A stretch of DNA of 32,000 bases, from the NCBI GenBank assembly GCA_963662715.1, contig OY759724.1:2640001-2672000 (forward strand). Reading direction: 5' to 3'. Of this stretch, positions 1-8,216 are shown one piece after another. The notes under the pieces were generated by a model. It searched no databases, was not told the origin of the DNA, and saw only the letters and a program-made list of their open reading frames with translations. The first letter of the stretch is position 1; each line of letters opens with the position of its first letter. Made by a program: the position numbers and the translations under genes. The stretch comes from Candidatus Omnitrophota bacterium (GTDB lineage: Bacteria > Omnitrophota > Gorgyraeia > Zapsychrales > JANLHA01).

Positions 1-189
1 AACCGTTAATTGATTTTCTTGCATGAGGCGTTGGACACAATTTTTGCCAATTTTGTAATGTTTACGGTTGTTTAAATAGGCCCAGACTGAACGGTATCCC
101 CAGAGGGGATGTTGCTTTTTAATTTGTCGGATTTTGACTAAATGTTTTTGGTCTTGTTCGATACGCTTTAGAGAACGGCGTCTTTTCAT
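1..189 (-). CDS. IS3-family transposase OrfB, N-terminal 63 aa (partial)
   Basis: My translation of the minus strand from ATG 189-187 is MKRRRSLKRIEQDQKHLVKIRQIKKQHPLWGYRSVWAYLNNRKHYKIGKNCVQRLMQENQLTV. The HP.WGYR...L......KRV.RLM pattern matches the HTH region that precedes the rve/DDE core in IS3 OrfB proteins. The ATG overlaps the OrfA TGA as ATGA. Confidence 0.8.
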   Translation of the reverse strand, partial: MKRRRSLKRIEQDQKHLVKIRQIKKQHPLWGYRSVWAYLNNRKHYKIGKNCVQRLMQENQLTV

Positions 190-491
190 AACTCGTACTC
201 GTTTTTTTTTAGTTCAACGGTCAAGTCGCCGATGATGCGTTTGAGTTTGGCGTTTTCTTTTTCAAGACGTTGCTCTTTCTGGGACTGTTGTTTGATGTCA
301 AAGGCCATATGGCATTCTTTGAGGAACTGGTCGCGCCATTTGTAATATTGGGTTTGGCCAATTTGGTATTTGTTACAAAGTTTACTGATGTCGATTTTCC
401 CGCTGAGGCCTTCAAGCACGATTTGGGTCTTTTGTTGGCTGGTCCATTGGCGTTTTTTCATGGGAATTGGGCTCCTTTCCTTGGAACTCAA
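186..491 (-). CDS. IS3-family transposase OrfA (HTH plus leucine-zipper type)
   Basis: The 101-aa product contains KKRQWTSQQKTQIVLE...ISKLCNKYQIGQTQYYKWRDQF followed by a coiled-coil tail (EKENAKLKRIIGDLTVELKK). This is the typical IS3/IS911 OrfA architecture. Confidence 0.85.
   Translation of the reverse strand: MSSKERSPIPMKKRQWTSQQKTQIVLEGLSGKIDISKLCNKYQIGQTQYYKWRDQFLKECHMAFDIKQQSQKEQRLEKENAKLKRIIGDLTVELKKNEYEL
202..210 (-). other. A9 run, candidate -1 programmed frameshift site producing an OrfAB fusion
   Basis: The minus strand reads CTA AAA AAA AAC in the OrfA frame. The A AAA AAA heptamer lies 6 codons before the OrfA stop. The -1 frame is open from here (ACT AAA AAA AAA CGA GTA CGA GTT ATG) into OrfB. 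Confidence 0.5.
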
Positions 492-528
492 TTCTACACC
501 ATTTGTTTAAATTTGTTAACTAGGGTCA

Positions 529-2079
529 CTATACTTGTTCTTGCGGGAGATGCCTCATCCGGCGGGGTTTGCGGAATCCCAGCTTTCCCGTGATGGTCCG
601 GTAGATATGAAAGAGATAGTACTTGGCATAAATGATGTGATCCGCTTCCTTTGTGAGCAATCCGGAGAGCAGGTCAAGCGTAAAAGCTATCCCTTCGTTA
701 ATAAAAGGCGGAATCGCTTTGAAAAGACCCGGTTTAAGCTTTTTTCGGAATCTGACCGGTGTATAGGGAAGAAGTTTATAGATAACCTGGTAGATTTCGT
801 AAATTTTGAGCTGGTCTTTGGAAATTAAATTATGGCTGTGTTTAAATGAATCCAGGGAAATGCCTTCATTTAACCGTTCGGCATCTTCGTGTGTGATAAG
901 TCCCATCTCAAGAGCCGTTTTCTGAATGGCTGTCCCCGGATAAAAATTGACCCAGTAGGAATGGATTCTGGAGGGTGTGTTCCGGACATAGAACTGGCGG
1001 GCTGTCTCTTGCGCTTCGGGCGGTTCCCCGGGCAATCCCAGCATATGGTCTATGCGCGCCCGGATGCGGTATTTCTTTGTCAGGCGGATGATTTCGGCGG
1101 TTTTTTCTTTTGTCTCATGGCGTTTCAGATACTTGCGTTTGTATTCATCATCCAGGGACTGCACCCCTATCTGGGCGGCATAGCAGCCCGCGGCGGCGAG
1201 GCTTTTCACGGTCGGTTCGTCCAGATGGTTGACATGTGAGAAGATCTGGAAGGGTATCTGAATGTCTTTTTTATACGCTTCCAAGAAAGAATTCAGCCAT
1301 TTTTTATCAAACGTGAAAACATCATCAAAAAATTCTATCATACGGACGTTATACCGTTTTTTTGCCCAGCGCAGTTCCGTGAGCACATGATCGGCAGAAC
1401 GATAACGGACGTATTTCCCTTTATCTTTCTCCGGCAGATCTGCGAAAAAGCTGTTAAAGCAAAAGGTGCAGCGGTAGGGGCAGCCCCGGGACGCCATTGT
1501 GACATAATAGTCCGATAAATTAAAATAATCTTCCCATAAAGATTTATCGAAAAAGGGTAAGCTGTCCAGATCCTGAATAAATCCTGTCTGCGGGCCTTGA
1601 ATGATCTGTCCGTCAGCCGATTTGTATCTTGTGTTCGGCAGGGGAGAGGTGACCTCTCCTTTCTCAACCGCCTCCAGTATTTCTATAAAAGCGATATCCC
1701 CTTCTCCCAGGCAGATATAATCGACTTCCGGGCGGGCTATGACGCGTTCCGGAACGGCTGTCGTATGGACGCCGCCGAAAACTGTTTTGACGTGCGGGAA
1801 TATCTCTTTGGCTTTTTGTGCAATCGTGAGGGACCAGCGATAGGAACCTGAAAGGGGAGAAAAAGCAATGATGTCCGGCCGGTAATGTTCGATGGTATGC
1901 AGGACATCTTTTGTGTCATCAAAAAACCGGGATACAGGAGGGCAGGTCATATGCAGCCGGTCGTTGAATAAAGCAACACTGAAGGCCAAACGGACATCAT
2001 GACCGCGCTGTTTAGCCAGGGCTGAGAGGATGCTGATGCCGAGTTGTTCGTACCCGATGGCTACAAAAAGAATGCGCAT
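529..2079 (-). CDS. B12-binding-domain radical SAM protein (class B rSAM)
   Basis: The N-terminus is a Rossmann-like cobalamin-binding region (MRILFVAIGYEQLGISILSA...IIAFSPLSGSY...VFGGVHTT...DYICLGEGD). It is followed by the rSAM cluster motif ASRGCPYRCTFC (CX3CX2C). 516 aa. Confidence 0.8.
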   Translation of the reverse strand: MRILFVAIGYEQLGISILSALAKQRGHDVRLAFSVALFNDRLHMTCPPVSRFFDDTKDVLHTIEHYRPDIIAFSPLSGSYRWSLTIAQKAKEIFPHVKTVFGGVHTTAVPERVIARPEVDYICLGEGDIAFIEILEAVEKGEVTSPLPNTRYKSADGQIIQGPQTGFIQDLDSLPFFDKSLWEDYFNLSDYYVTMASRGCPYRCTFCFNSFFADLPEKDKGKYVRYRSADHVLTELRWAKKRYNVRMIEFFDDVFTFDKKWLNSFLEAYKKDIQIPFQIFSHVNHLDEPTVKSLAAAGCYAAQIGVQSLDDEYKRKYLKRHETKEKTAEIIRLTKKYRIRARIDHMLGLPGEPPEAQETARQFYVRNTPSRIHSYWVNFYPGTAIQKTALEMGLITHEDAERLNEGISLDSFKHSHNLISKDQLKIYEIYQVIYKLLPYTPVRFRKKLKPGLFKAIPPFINEGIAFTLDLLSGLLTKEADHIIYAKYYLFHIYRTITGKLGFRKPRRMRHLPQEQV

Positions 2080-2127
2080 AAAGATTTCCCGCTGAAAAAG
2101 TGGATCATCATATATTACTTCCGGGCC

Positions 2128-2156
2128 ATTATAATATGATTCCCCTTGGGAAGCAA
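2128..2156 (-). promoter_or_regulatory. Possible sigma70-type promoter for the rSAM gene
   Basis: The minus strand reads TTGCTT, then 17 nt, then TATAAT. This is the reverse complement of aagcaa at 2151-2156 and attata at 2128-2133, and it ends about 50 nt upstream of ATG 2079. Pattern match only. Confidence 0.3.
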
Positions 2157-2241
2157 TAAGAAGGAGGATATTTGCTCATTCCGGGGAAGGAAAAGGCGGG
2201 AACAGTTTGAAAATATCTTCCGTCAGGAGGGAAGTCTGGGT

Positions 2242-3762
2242 TTAGAGGGTGAATTTTCCTAAGAGAGCCGTTAGTTTTTCAGCTTGTTTATTGAGATTTT
2301 CAACAGACCCGGCCGTAGTTTCTATCACAGCGGTAAAATGCTGGGACAGGGCGTTGATGTGGTCAATCTTTTCCATGACAAGCTGTCCTGCCTCTTGTTG
2401 CAGCAGGGTCGCTTTTCGGATGTTTTCTGACGTTTTGCTGGATTCTTGTGCCAGTTCCAGGGTTTGTATAACCCATTGGGCGGATTCTTCTATATCATTG
2501 ATAATGGTATGAATCTCCCCCTGAATGCTGGTCGTGATCTGCCGGATTTCATCGGTCGACTCGGCAGAGCGGGTCGCAAGTTTTTTAACCTCATGGGCCA
2601 CCACAGCGAACCCTCTTCCGGCTTCTCCTGCTCTGGCCGCTTCAATGGAAGCGTTGATCGCCAGTAAATTGGTCTGTTCAGAGATGTCGTCAATTAAAGT
2701 TGTCATATTCCCGATAGCATGAGACTGCTCTTTCAATGAAAGTAAATGACGGGTCGTTTGATTTATTTTGGAATGCATTTCTTTCATTTTTGATAATGTG
2801 TTCTGATTGGCCTCTGCGACCTCTGAGGCGCTTTCTGCGATGAGGTTCGCGGAAGAAAAGAATTGGCCGGTTACCGCAGACACTTCCATTATGGCCGTAT
2901 TTTGTTCCGTAGAGCCCGACATTTGTTTTACGGTATTGTCTTTGATAAGCTGGGTTGATGACGATAACTCCCGTCCGACGTCACGGATCTGAGTTATCAT
3001 CTCCCACAAGCTCGAAAGAAGTGAATTGTAAGCCTTCCCCAATTTTCCTAAAACATCGTTTGTCCCGATATGGATCCTTTGCGTTAAGTCGGCAGACTTG
3101 TCGGCGATGGCGTGAGTTGTCTTGAGGATTTTTTTGATAGGGACTGTTAAAGAATATCCCATCAGTAAGGCGATAACAATCGCCGTCCCTATGCCGCCCC
3201 ATATGCTATTTGAAAGAATCTGGTTTGTTTCTTTTATGCGGGCAAGAATATCTTGGTTCGATGCTTCCATGGATTTGTTAATTCTGTCGTTCAGCTGCAG
3301 GGATAGATTGTTCGTCTTTTTTGCTATGGATAAGACAATATCCTCCATCTGCAATGTCATTGATCCGCTGGGATCGTTCTGGAACTCGTGATCGAGGGTG
3401 ATGGCGGCAACCTTAAAACGTTTGGCTTCCTGGATATACTGCTCCAGAATATCCGCGTCACGTCCCCCCAGCATGCTTATCAATTGGGTCGCCTCGGAGA
3501 TGGATTTGTCCATTAAAGGGATAGCTTCTTCCATGCTGTCTATTTTTTCCCTGGAGAAAGCGTAATAAATGTCTTTGGCCTGCTGGAAATTCTCCCTGAT
3601 AATTTGAAACTTTTTCAATCGGGGCCGTTCATAATCCATAACAGAAGTCACGTTCTGCTGGATTTTTTTGAGGTGGGAGATGGTTGTCCATCCTGTCATT
3701 ACAAGGATCAATATCAGGCCCACAAGTCCCATATTTTTGATAAAGTCGAAAGAAAGTTTCAT
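2242..3762 (-). CDS. Methyl-accepting chemotaxis protein (two TM segments, HAMP, MA domain)
   Basis: The highly conserved MCP signalling hairpin [35 protein letters not shown] is present. There are two hydrophobic segments ([14 protein letters not shown] and [15 protein letters not shown]) followed by a HAMP-like region. I prefer ATG 3762 (MKLSFDF), which has AAAGGTG 6 nt upstream, over the track's GTG 3771. Confidence 0.85.
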   Translation of the reverse strand: MKLSFDFIKNMGLVGLILILVMTGWTTISHLKKIQQNVTSVMDYERPRLKKFQIIRENFQQAKDIYYAFSREKIDSMEEAIPLMDKSISEATQLISMLGGRDADILEQYIQEAKRFKVAAITLDHEFQNDPSGSMTLQMEDIVLSIAKKTNNLSLQLNDRINKSMEASNQDILARIKETNQILSNSIWGGIGTAIVIALLMGYSLTVPIKKILKTTHAIADKSADLTQRIHIGTNDVLGKLGKAYNSLLSSLWEMITQIRDVGRELSSSTQLIKDNTVKQMSGSTEQNTAIMEVSAVTGQFFSSANLIAESASEVAEANQNTLSKMKEMHSKINQTTRHLLSLKEQSHAIGNMTTLIDDISEQTNLLAINASIEAARAGEAGRGFAVVAHEVKKLATRSAESTDEIRQITTSIQGEIHTIINDIEESAQWVIQTLELAQESSKTSENIRKATLLQQEAGQLVMEKIDHINALSQHFTAVIETTAGSVENLNKQAEKLTALLGKFTL

Positions 3763-3830
3763 GAAACACACCTTTATGTTGGTTTCAATTAAGAATTAAA
3801 GGTCGCGCCCTTTCCCCGGGCTGTGCTCTT

Positions 3831-4733
3831 TTACAGACTTTTTTGCGAAAGCTCCTGTTCTCCGAACTGCAGCGTCAGAGCCTCGGAAATGTCTCCTGAG
3901 TTAAAAAGAGGCTGTTCAATATCCGGCTGAGGTTCAGAACCGGCAATTTCAAAACGGGAAATCCCGAACAGATAACTTTGAGTCAAATCAAAGGCAACAT
4001 CATCTTCATGACCGGTATCCAAAGCCCGCGAGAATTCAATGGTCCAGCGGCCCTGCGCCCATTTGCCTTTGGCCTTAATATCGGCTCTGCTTCCCGTGGG
4101 GTCTTGCAGAGTGAATGGAGGCATTTTCTCCTTTTCGTAATCAACCACGATATTGTTTTTATATGCGCTGGCTCCTTCGTCGCCTCTGCGGACCAGATAC
4201 ATGTCCTGACCGCTTTTAGAAGTGACCTTTTTCGCCTTTTTCTGTTTCGTCCTTGAGAATTGTTGATATTTATCATCGGCATATCCCACAGGATCCGTCC
4301 GGACCGCTTTCCAGAACCAGATATCGGCCATGAATTCGTCGTCGCTTTTTACGGACAAATCGACCGGCCTGCTCTCCATGTTCCATTTAAAGATAAAAGT
4401 GTCTTCCCGTTCAGGCCCCGGTTTATAGATCTGCTCCTCTTTATCCCATGTCAATGCCTTGTGAGTTACCGATTCATCGGGGTCAGGATAAGAAACCAGG
4501 AAGAAAATTTGCTCGTCCGTATACAGGGCTTTGATCGTAACCGGGATTTCTGCGGTCTTGTCCATCGTTGTATATTCGGTTGCGAATTCCCAGACATGAT
4601 CAGTCCCGTCCCCGTCGATGACTGGAGATTTGTCGACTTTTTGCGCGATGATGGTTTGGTCGGCCGATGAAAAAGAGGACAAAGAGGATAACAGAAATAC
4701 TATGATCAAAATAATCCAACGTGAACAGTTCAT
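3831..4733 (-). CDS. Secreted DOMON / EB_dh-like (ethylbenzene-dehydrogenase-gamma-type, putative heme-binding) protein
   Basis: There is a signal peptide (WIILIIVFLLSSLSSFSSA). The motifs VIDGDGTDHVW...IKALYTDEQIFFLVSYPDPD and DIWFWKAVRTDPVGYADD resemble the EB_dh/CBM9-like DOMON fold as I remember it. The SD AAGGAAGG lies 5 nt before the ATG. Confidence 0.5.
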   Translation of the reverse strand: MNCSRWIILIIVFLLSSLSSFSSADQTIIAQKVDKSPVIDGDGTDHVWEFATEYTTMDKTAEIPVTIKALYTDEQIFFLVSYPDPDESVTHKALTWDKEEQIYKPGPEREDTFIFKWNMESRPVDLSVKSDDEFMADIWFWKAVRTDPVGYADDKYQQFSRTKQKKAKKVTSKSGQDMYLVRRGDEGASAYKNNIVVDYEKEKMPPFTLQDPTGSRADIKAKGKWAQGRWTIEFSRALDTGHEDDVAFDLTQSYLFGISRFEIAGSEPQPDIEQPLFNSGDISEALTLQFGEQELSQKSL

Positions 4734-5220
4734 TTTTACCTTCCTTGAAATAAATTTATTAAAATGGATTCAGCCAAAATCCCAATCTATATTAGCGCTA
4801 ACTCTTTCTTATATAAAGTTTTATTTATTTTTTTTAGGTCGGAAACCAGGGTTTGTCTAAATAGAAAATAATTCTGTCCGCCCGCAGGGGGAAATCCCAG
4901 GGAATAGTTTGACTGATAGGACTGATATGCTAATATGAAGGCGAACTGTTCCGGGGCACGGGGCACCGCAAGAATCATTGCGGCCCTTTTCCCTGTGCTC
5001 CAACCTTATATGTCAGATATTATTCTGATATTCTCCCCGGGTTCTGTTGCCAGGCGATTATGAAAAACGTAGAAACGGACATCCACGAGATAAAAGATGG
5101 TTTGCTTTTATAATATTTTAGAGAAAGCTCAGAAAATATTCAAAGACTTGTGATTTCATGCAGGGCGTCTCATGATAGAATACTTCCGGATTGGAATTTC
5201 ATTGTGAGGAGGGCTGTTTT

Positions 5221-6363
5221 GTGAAAATCGAACAAAAGCGATGGACGAAAGATACGGGCTGGGTATTTCTTTATGAACAGGGGCTTCAGGAAAAGGCCCA
5301 ATTGCTGTTTCTTTTCGGTAACCGGCATATGTTGAAAAATTTTCAGCTTTTTGACGAAATTAAAGCCGCTTATCCGAACGCCCATATTTTAGGTTGTTCG
5401 ACCGCCGGAGAAATTGCCGGTACACAAGTCCATGATCATTCTTTGGTCGCCACAGCGGTTTATTTTGAAAAGACGCCCGTTAAGGTTGTCAAATCCAAGA
5501 TCGATCAGTACGGAAGTTTTCATGTCGGCCAGCAGTTGGCCCGTTCCCTGGACAAAAATGGTTTGAGCCATGTTTTTGTCCTCTCCGAAGGATTGAATGT
5601 TAACGGGACAGACTTGGCCAGGGGGTTTGTTGACAGCCTGCCCCGGCAGGTTGCTGTTACCGGAGGGTTGGCGGGCGATCAGAATTTATTCGAGGAGACA
5701 TTGGTGTTTTCAGATGGTCCGCCGGAAAAAGATGTTGTGGTCGCCGTCGGTTTCTACGGTGAGGCCATTCAGATAGGATATGGGTCTATGGGCGGCTGGG
5801 ATAGTTTCGGCCCGGAGCGGCTTGTCACGCGTTCCCAGGGGAATGTCCTTTACGAGCTTGATGACCATTCCGCCCTGGAACTTTATAAAAAGTATCTGGG
5901 TGATCATGCCCGGGGCCTTCCGGCCACAGGTTTATTATTCCCTTTAAGCATACGGACCGAGGATAATGCCCAAAGTCTTGTCCGTACGATTTTGTCGATC
6001 AACGAAGAAGCCGGGAGCATGACTTTTGCCGGAGATATCCCGGAAGGAAGCTACGCCCGTCTTATGAAGGCTAATCTCGAGCGGCTTGTGGACGGCGCTT
6101 CCGGGGCCGCGGATATCTGTGCCAAGACCTCGGCAGTTGCCGGAGTGCATTTGGCGGTCTTAATCAGTTGTGTCGGCAGAAAACTGGTTCTTAAACAGCG
6201 TGTTGAAGAAGAGATAGAAGCTGTACAGGAGAGATTGGGAGAACAGGCGATCCTGACCGGCTTTTATTCGTATGGAGAGATTTGTCCCGGAGGGCCGACA
6301 GACAATGTTTGTGAACTCCATAATCAGACGATGACCATAACGACTTTTTATGAAAAGATATAA
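5221..6363 (+). CDS. FIST-domain signal-transduction protein
   Basis: The layout matches FIST_N/FIST_C: ...AHILGCSTAGEIAG..., ...VAVGFYG..., ...LISCVGR... and the C-terminal GFYSYGEI. I prefer GTG 5221, preceded by GAGGAGGG (5206-5213) with a 7-nt spacer, over the track's TTG 5191. Confidence 0.8.
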   Translation: MKIEQKRWTKDTGWVFLYEQGLQEKAQLLFLFGNRHMLKNFQLFDEIKAAYPNAHILGCSTAGEIAGTQVHDHSLVATAVYFEKTPVKVVKSKIDQYGSFHVGQQLARSLDKNGLSHVFVLSEGLNVNGTDLARGFVDSLPRQVAVTGGLAGDQNLFEETLVFSDGPPEKDVVVAVGFYGEAIQIGYGSMGGWDSFGPERLVTRSQGNVLYELDDHSALELYKKYLGDHARGLPATGLLFPLSIRTEDNAQSLVRTILSINEEAGSMTFAGDIPEGSYARLMKANLERLVDGASGAADICAKTSAVAGVHLAVLISCVGRKLVLKQRVEEEIEAVQERLGEQAILTGFYSYGEICPGGPTDNVCELHNQTMTITTFYEKI

Positions 6364-6375
6364 AGGAATAAAAGG

Positions 6376-8115
6376 ATGAACAAGCTTCTTGCTCGTCAGG
6401 TCAAAAAATATTTGGGTTCTTTGCCGGACATCCCGGAAGAATGGCGAGGGTTCCTGAAAGCCGTTGATGATGCCTATAACGGGTTCGATGCGGACCGTCA
6501 GCTGACAGAACGTGCTTTTGAGATCAGTTCGGCGGAAATCACAGATATCAATAAAAGATTAAGATCGGAAATTGAAGAACGAAAGAAAATCGAAAAATCT
6601 ATCGCCGCGGAAAAGGAACGTCTTTCTGTCACGTTACGGTCTATCGGAGACGGTGTTATTACCGTTGACCGCCAGCAACGCATCACGTTAATCAATAATG
6701 TCGCAGAGACTCTGACCGGATGGTCCCAGCAGGACGCTGTGGGGAAGAACTTCGATGAGGTTTTTGCCATCCTGGATCCCAAAACACGGCAGCGGAGGGA
6801 CGGTTTGCTGGGAAGTGTCCTGACGCATGGCGTCCTTTTGGAAATTACCTTGGGAATCCTTGTGTCCCGGGACGGGAAGGAACGGCTCATTACAGACAGC
6901 ATTGCGGCCATCCGGGATTTCGAGAGTACTATTATCGGCGCGGTCTTGGTTTTCCGGGACATTACCGAGAAAAGGAAAATGGAGGACGAAGTTTTTAAAA
7001 AGCGGAAGCTCGAGTCCCTGGGCACCCTTGCCGGAGGCATTGCGCATGATTTTAATAATATCCTCACGGCCATTGTCGGGAATCTGACGCTTTTAAAAAT
7101 GGCCACTCAGTCCAAAGAAGATATTGCCCCTTTGCTGAAAGACATTGAAGCCCAGTCCATCCGGGCCCAGGGATTGACCCAGCAGTTGTTGACTTTTTCC
7201 CGGGGAGGGACTCCCGTCAAAAAACTCTCGTCCCTTAAAGACCTCATCAGGGAATCCGCGAGCTTTGTTCTGCATGGTTCAAATGTGTCTCTGCGTTTTC
7301 TGCTTCCTGACGACCTGTGGTCGGTTGAGGTGGATAAAGGACAAATCAACCAGGTGATACAGAATATTGTCCTGAACGCCAAACAGTCTATGTTGCAGGG
7401 GGGAGAGATTACGATTGAAGCGAAGAATTTGATTATTGATCAGAAAGGTTCTCTGCCTTTAGGGAAAGGACAGTATATACGGATATCCATTTCAGATACG
7501 GGGGACGGGATCCCGGAGGAATATTTATCCAGGATTTTCGACCCTTATTTTACGACCAAGACAACGGGGAATGGTCTGGGGCTGGCAACGGTTTTTTCGA
7601 TTCTGCAGCGGCACGACGGTTATATTACAGTCGATTCCGAAATCGGAGCAGGAACGACGTTCCATTTTTACATACCGGCGGCGGGCTTCTCCTCCACCCA
7701 GGAAGCGAATTCGCATGACCCGGCTTTTTCCATCGGTTCCGGGAAGATCCTTCTCATGGACGATGAGGAGTCTCTCCGGAAAGTCCTTGAGCGGATTTTG
7801 CGCAATATCGGCTATCAGGTGGAATGTGCGAGCACAGGAGAGGAGAGCATTGCCAAATACCAGCTGGCCATGAAAGAGCAGTCGCCTTTTGACGCGGTTA
7901 TTTTAGATCTGACGATCAGAGGGGGCATGGGTGGAAAAGACACCCTCGAACAATTACGGCAAATGGATCCGGATGTCAAAGCCATTGCTTTTAGCGGGTA
8001 CTCAAACGATCCCATTATGGCGAACTATCAAGAATACGGGTTTAAAGGCATGCTGGTCAAGCCGTTTAAATACGATGAATTATGTGCTCTTATTAAAAAT
8101 GTGATAGGAAAATAA
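6376..8115 (+). CDS. Hybrid sensor histidine kinase (coiled coil, PAS, HisKA, HATPase_c, REC)
   Basis: PAS region: SIGDGVITVD...TGWSQQDAVGKNF. H-box: GGIAHDFNNILTAIVGNL. N and G boxes: NIVLNAKQSM, DTGDGIP, GNGLGLA. C-terminal receiver: KILLMDDEE...VILDLTIRGGMGG...LVKPF. It starts 12 nt after the FIST gene. Confidence 0.9.
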   Translation: MNKLLARQVKKYLGSLPDIPEEWRGFLKAVDDAYNGFDADRQLTERAFEISSAEITDINKRLRSEIEERKKIEKSIAAEKERLSVTLRSIGDGVITVDRQQRITLINNVAETLTGWSQQDAVGKNFDEVFAILDPKTRQRRDGLLGSVLTHGVLLEITLGILVSRDGKERLITDSIAAIRDFESTIIGAVLVFRDITEKRKMEDEVFKKRKLESLGTLAGGIAHDFNNILTAIVGNLTLLKMATQSKEDIAPLLKDIEAQSIRAQGLTQQLLTFSRGGTPVKKLSSLKDLIRESASFVLHGSNVSLRFLLPDDLWSVEVDKGQINQVIQNIVLNAKQSMLQGGEITIEAKNLIIDQKGSLPLGKGQYIRISISDTGDGIPEEYLSRIFDPYFTTKTTGNGLGLATVFSILQRHDGYITVDSEIGAGTTFHFYIPAAGFSSTQEANSHDPAFSIGSGKILLMDDEESLRKVLERILRNIGYQVECASTGEESIAKYQLAMKEQSPFDAVILDLTIRGGMGGKDTLEQLRQMDPDVKAIAFSGYSNDPIMANYQEYGFKGMLVKPFKYDELCALIKNVIGK

Positions 8116-8216
8116 TTTCTCAAGAGGGCTCCAGAACATCATATGTTTGAAAATTGGACGTGCCCGGGCCGGTGCCCCGGGCCCTTGTGAAAGATGTGCG
8201 CTTAATATCTCTTCTT

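Larger units (their letters stand above)
1..528 (-). mobile_element. IS3-family insertion sequence, partial (continues beyond the left edge)
   Basis: OrfA (186-491) and the N-terminus of OrfB (1-189) lie in the -1 frame relative to each other, the classic IS3 two-ORF layout. The putative terminal repeat on the minus strand reads TGACCCTAGTTAAC (reverse complement of 515-528), a TG-type IS3 end. It directly abuts the stop codon (529-531) of the neighbouring gene. The boundary is inferred from one end only. Confidence 0.75.

Noticed and set aside
4787-4978. 63-aa minus-strand ORF in the long divergent intergenic region.
   Set aside because: It has no SD and an odd composition, and it overlaps the nested hairpin. 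I treated it as non-coding.
5191-5220. TTG start for the FIST protein, as in the track.
   Set aside because: GTG 5221 has a properly spaced GAGGAGGG. The extra 10 residues (MEFHCEEGCF) contain that SD.
6498-7106. 202-aa and 119-aa ORFs antisense to the hybrid histidine kinase gene.
   Set aside because: These are shadow ORFs inside a gene with unambiguous kinase motifs. Their composition is Arg/Ser/Pro-rich and low-complexity, and they have no SD.
8162-8182. GC-rich hairpin gcccggg-ccggtgc-cccgggc between the kinase and the GT-C gene, considered as a terminator.
   Set aside because: No T-tract follows it. The function cannot be judged from sequence, and it may simply be a palindromic SmaI-like GC cluster.
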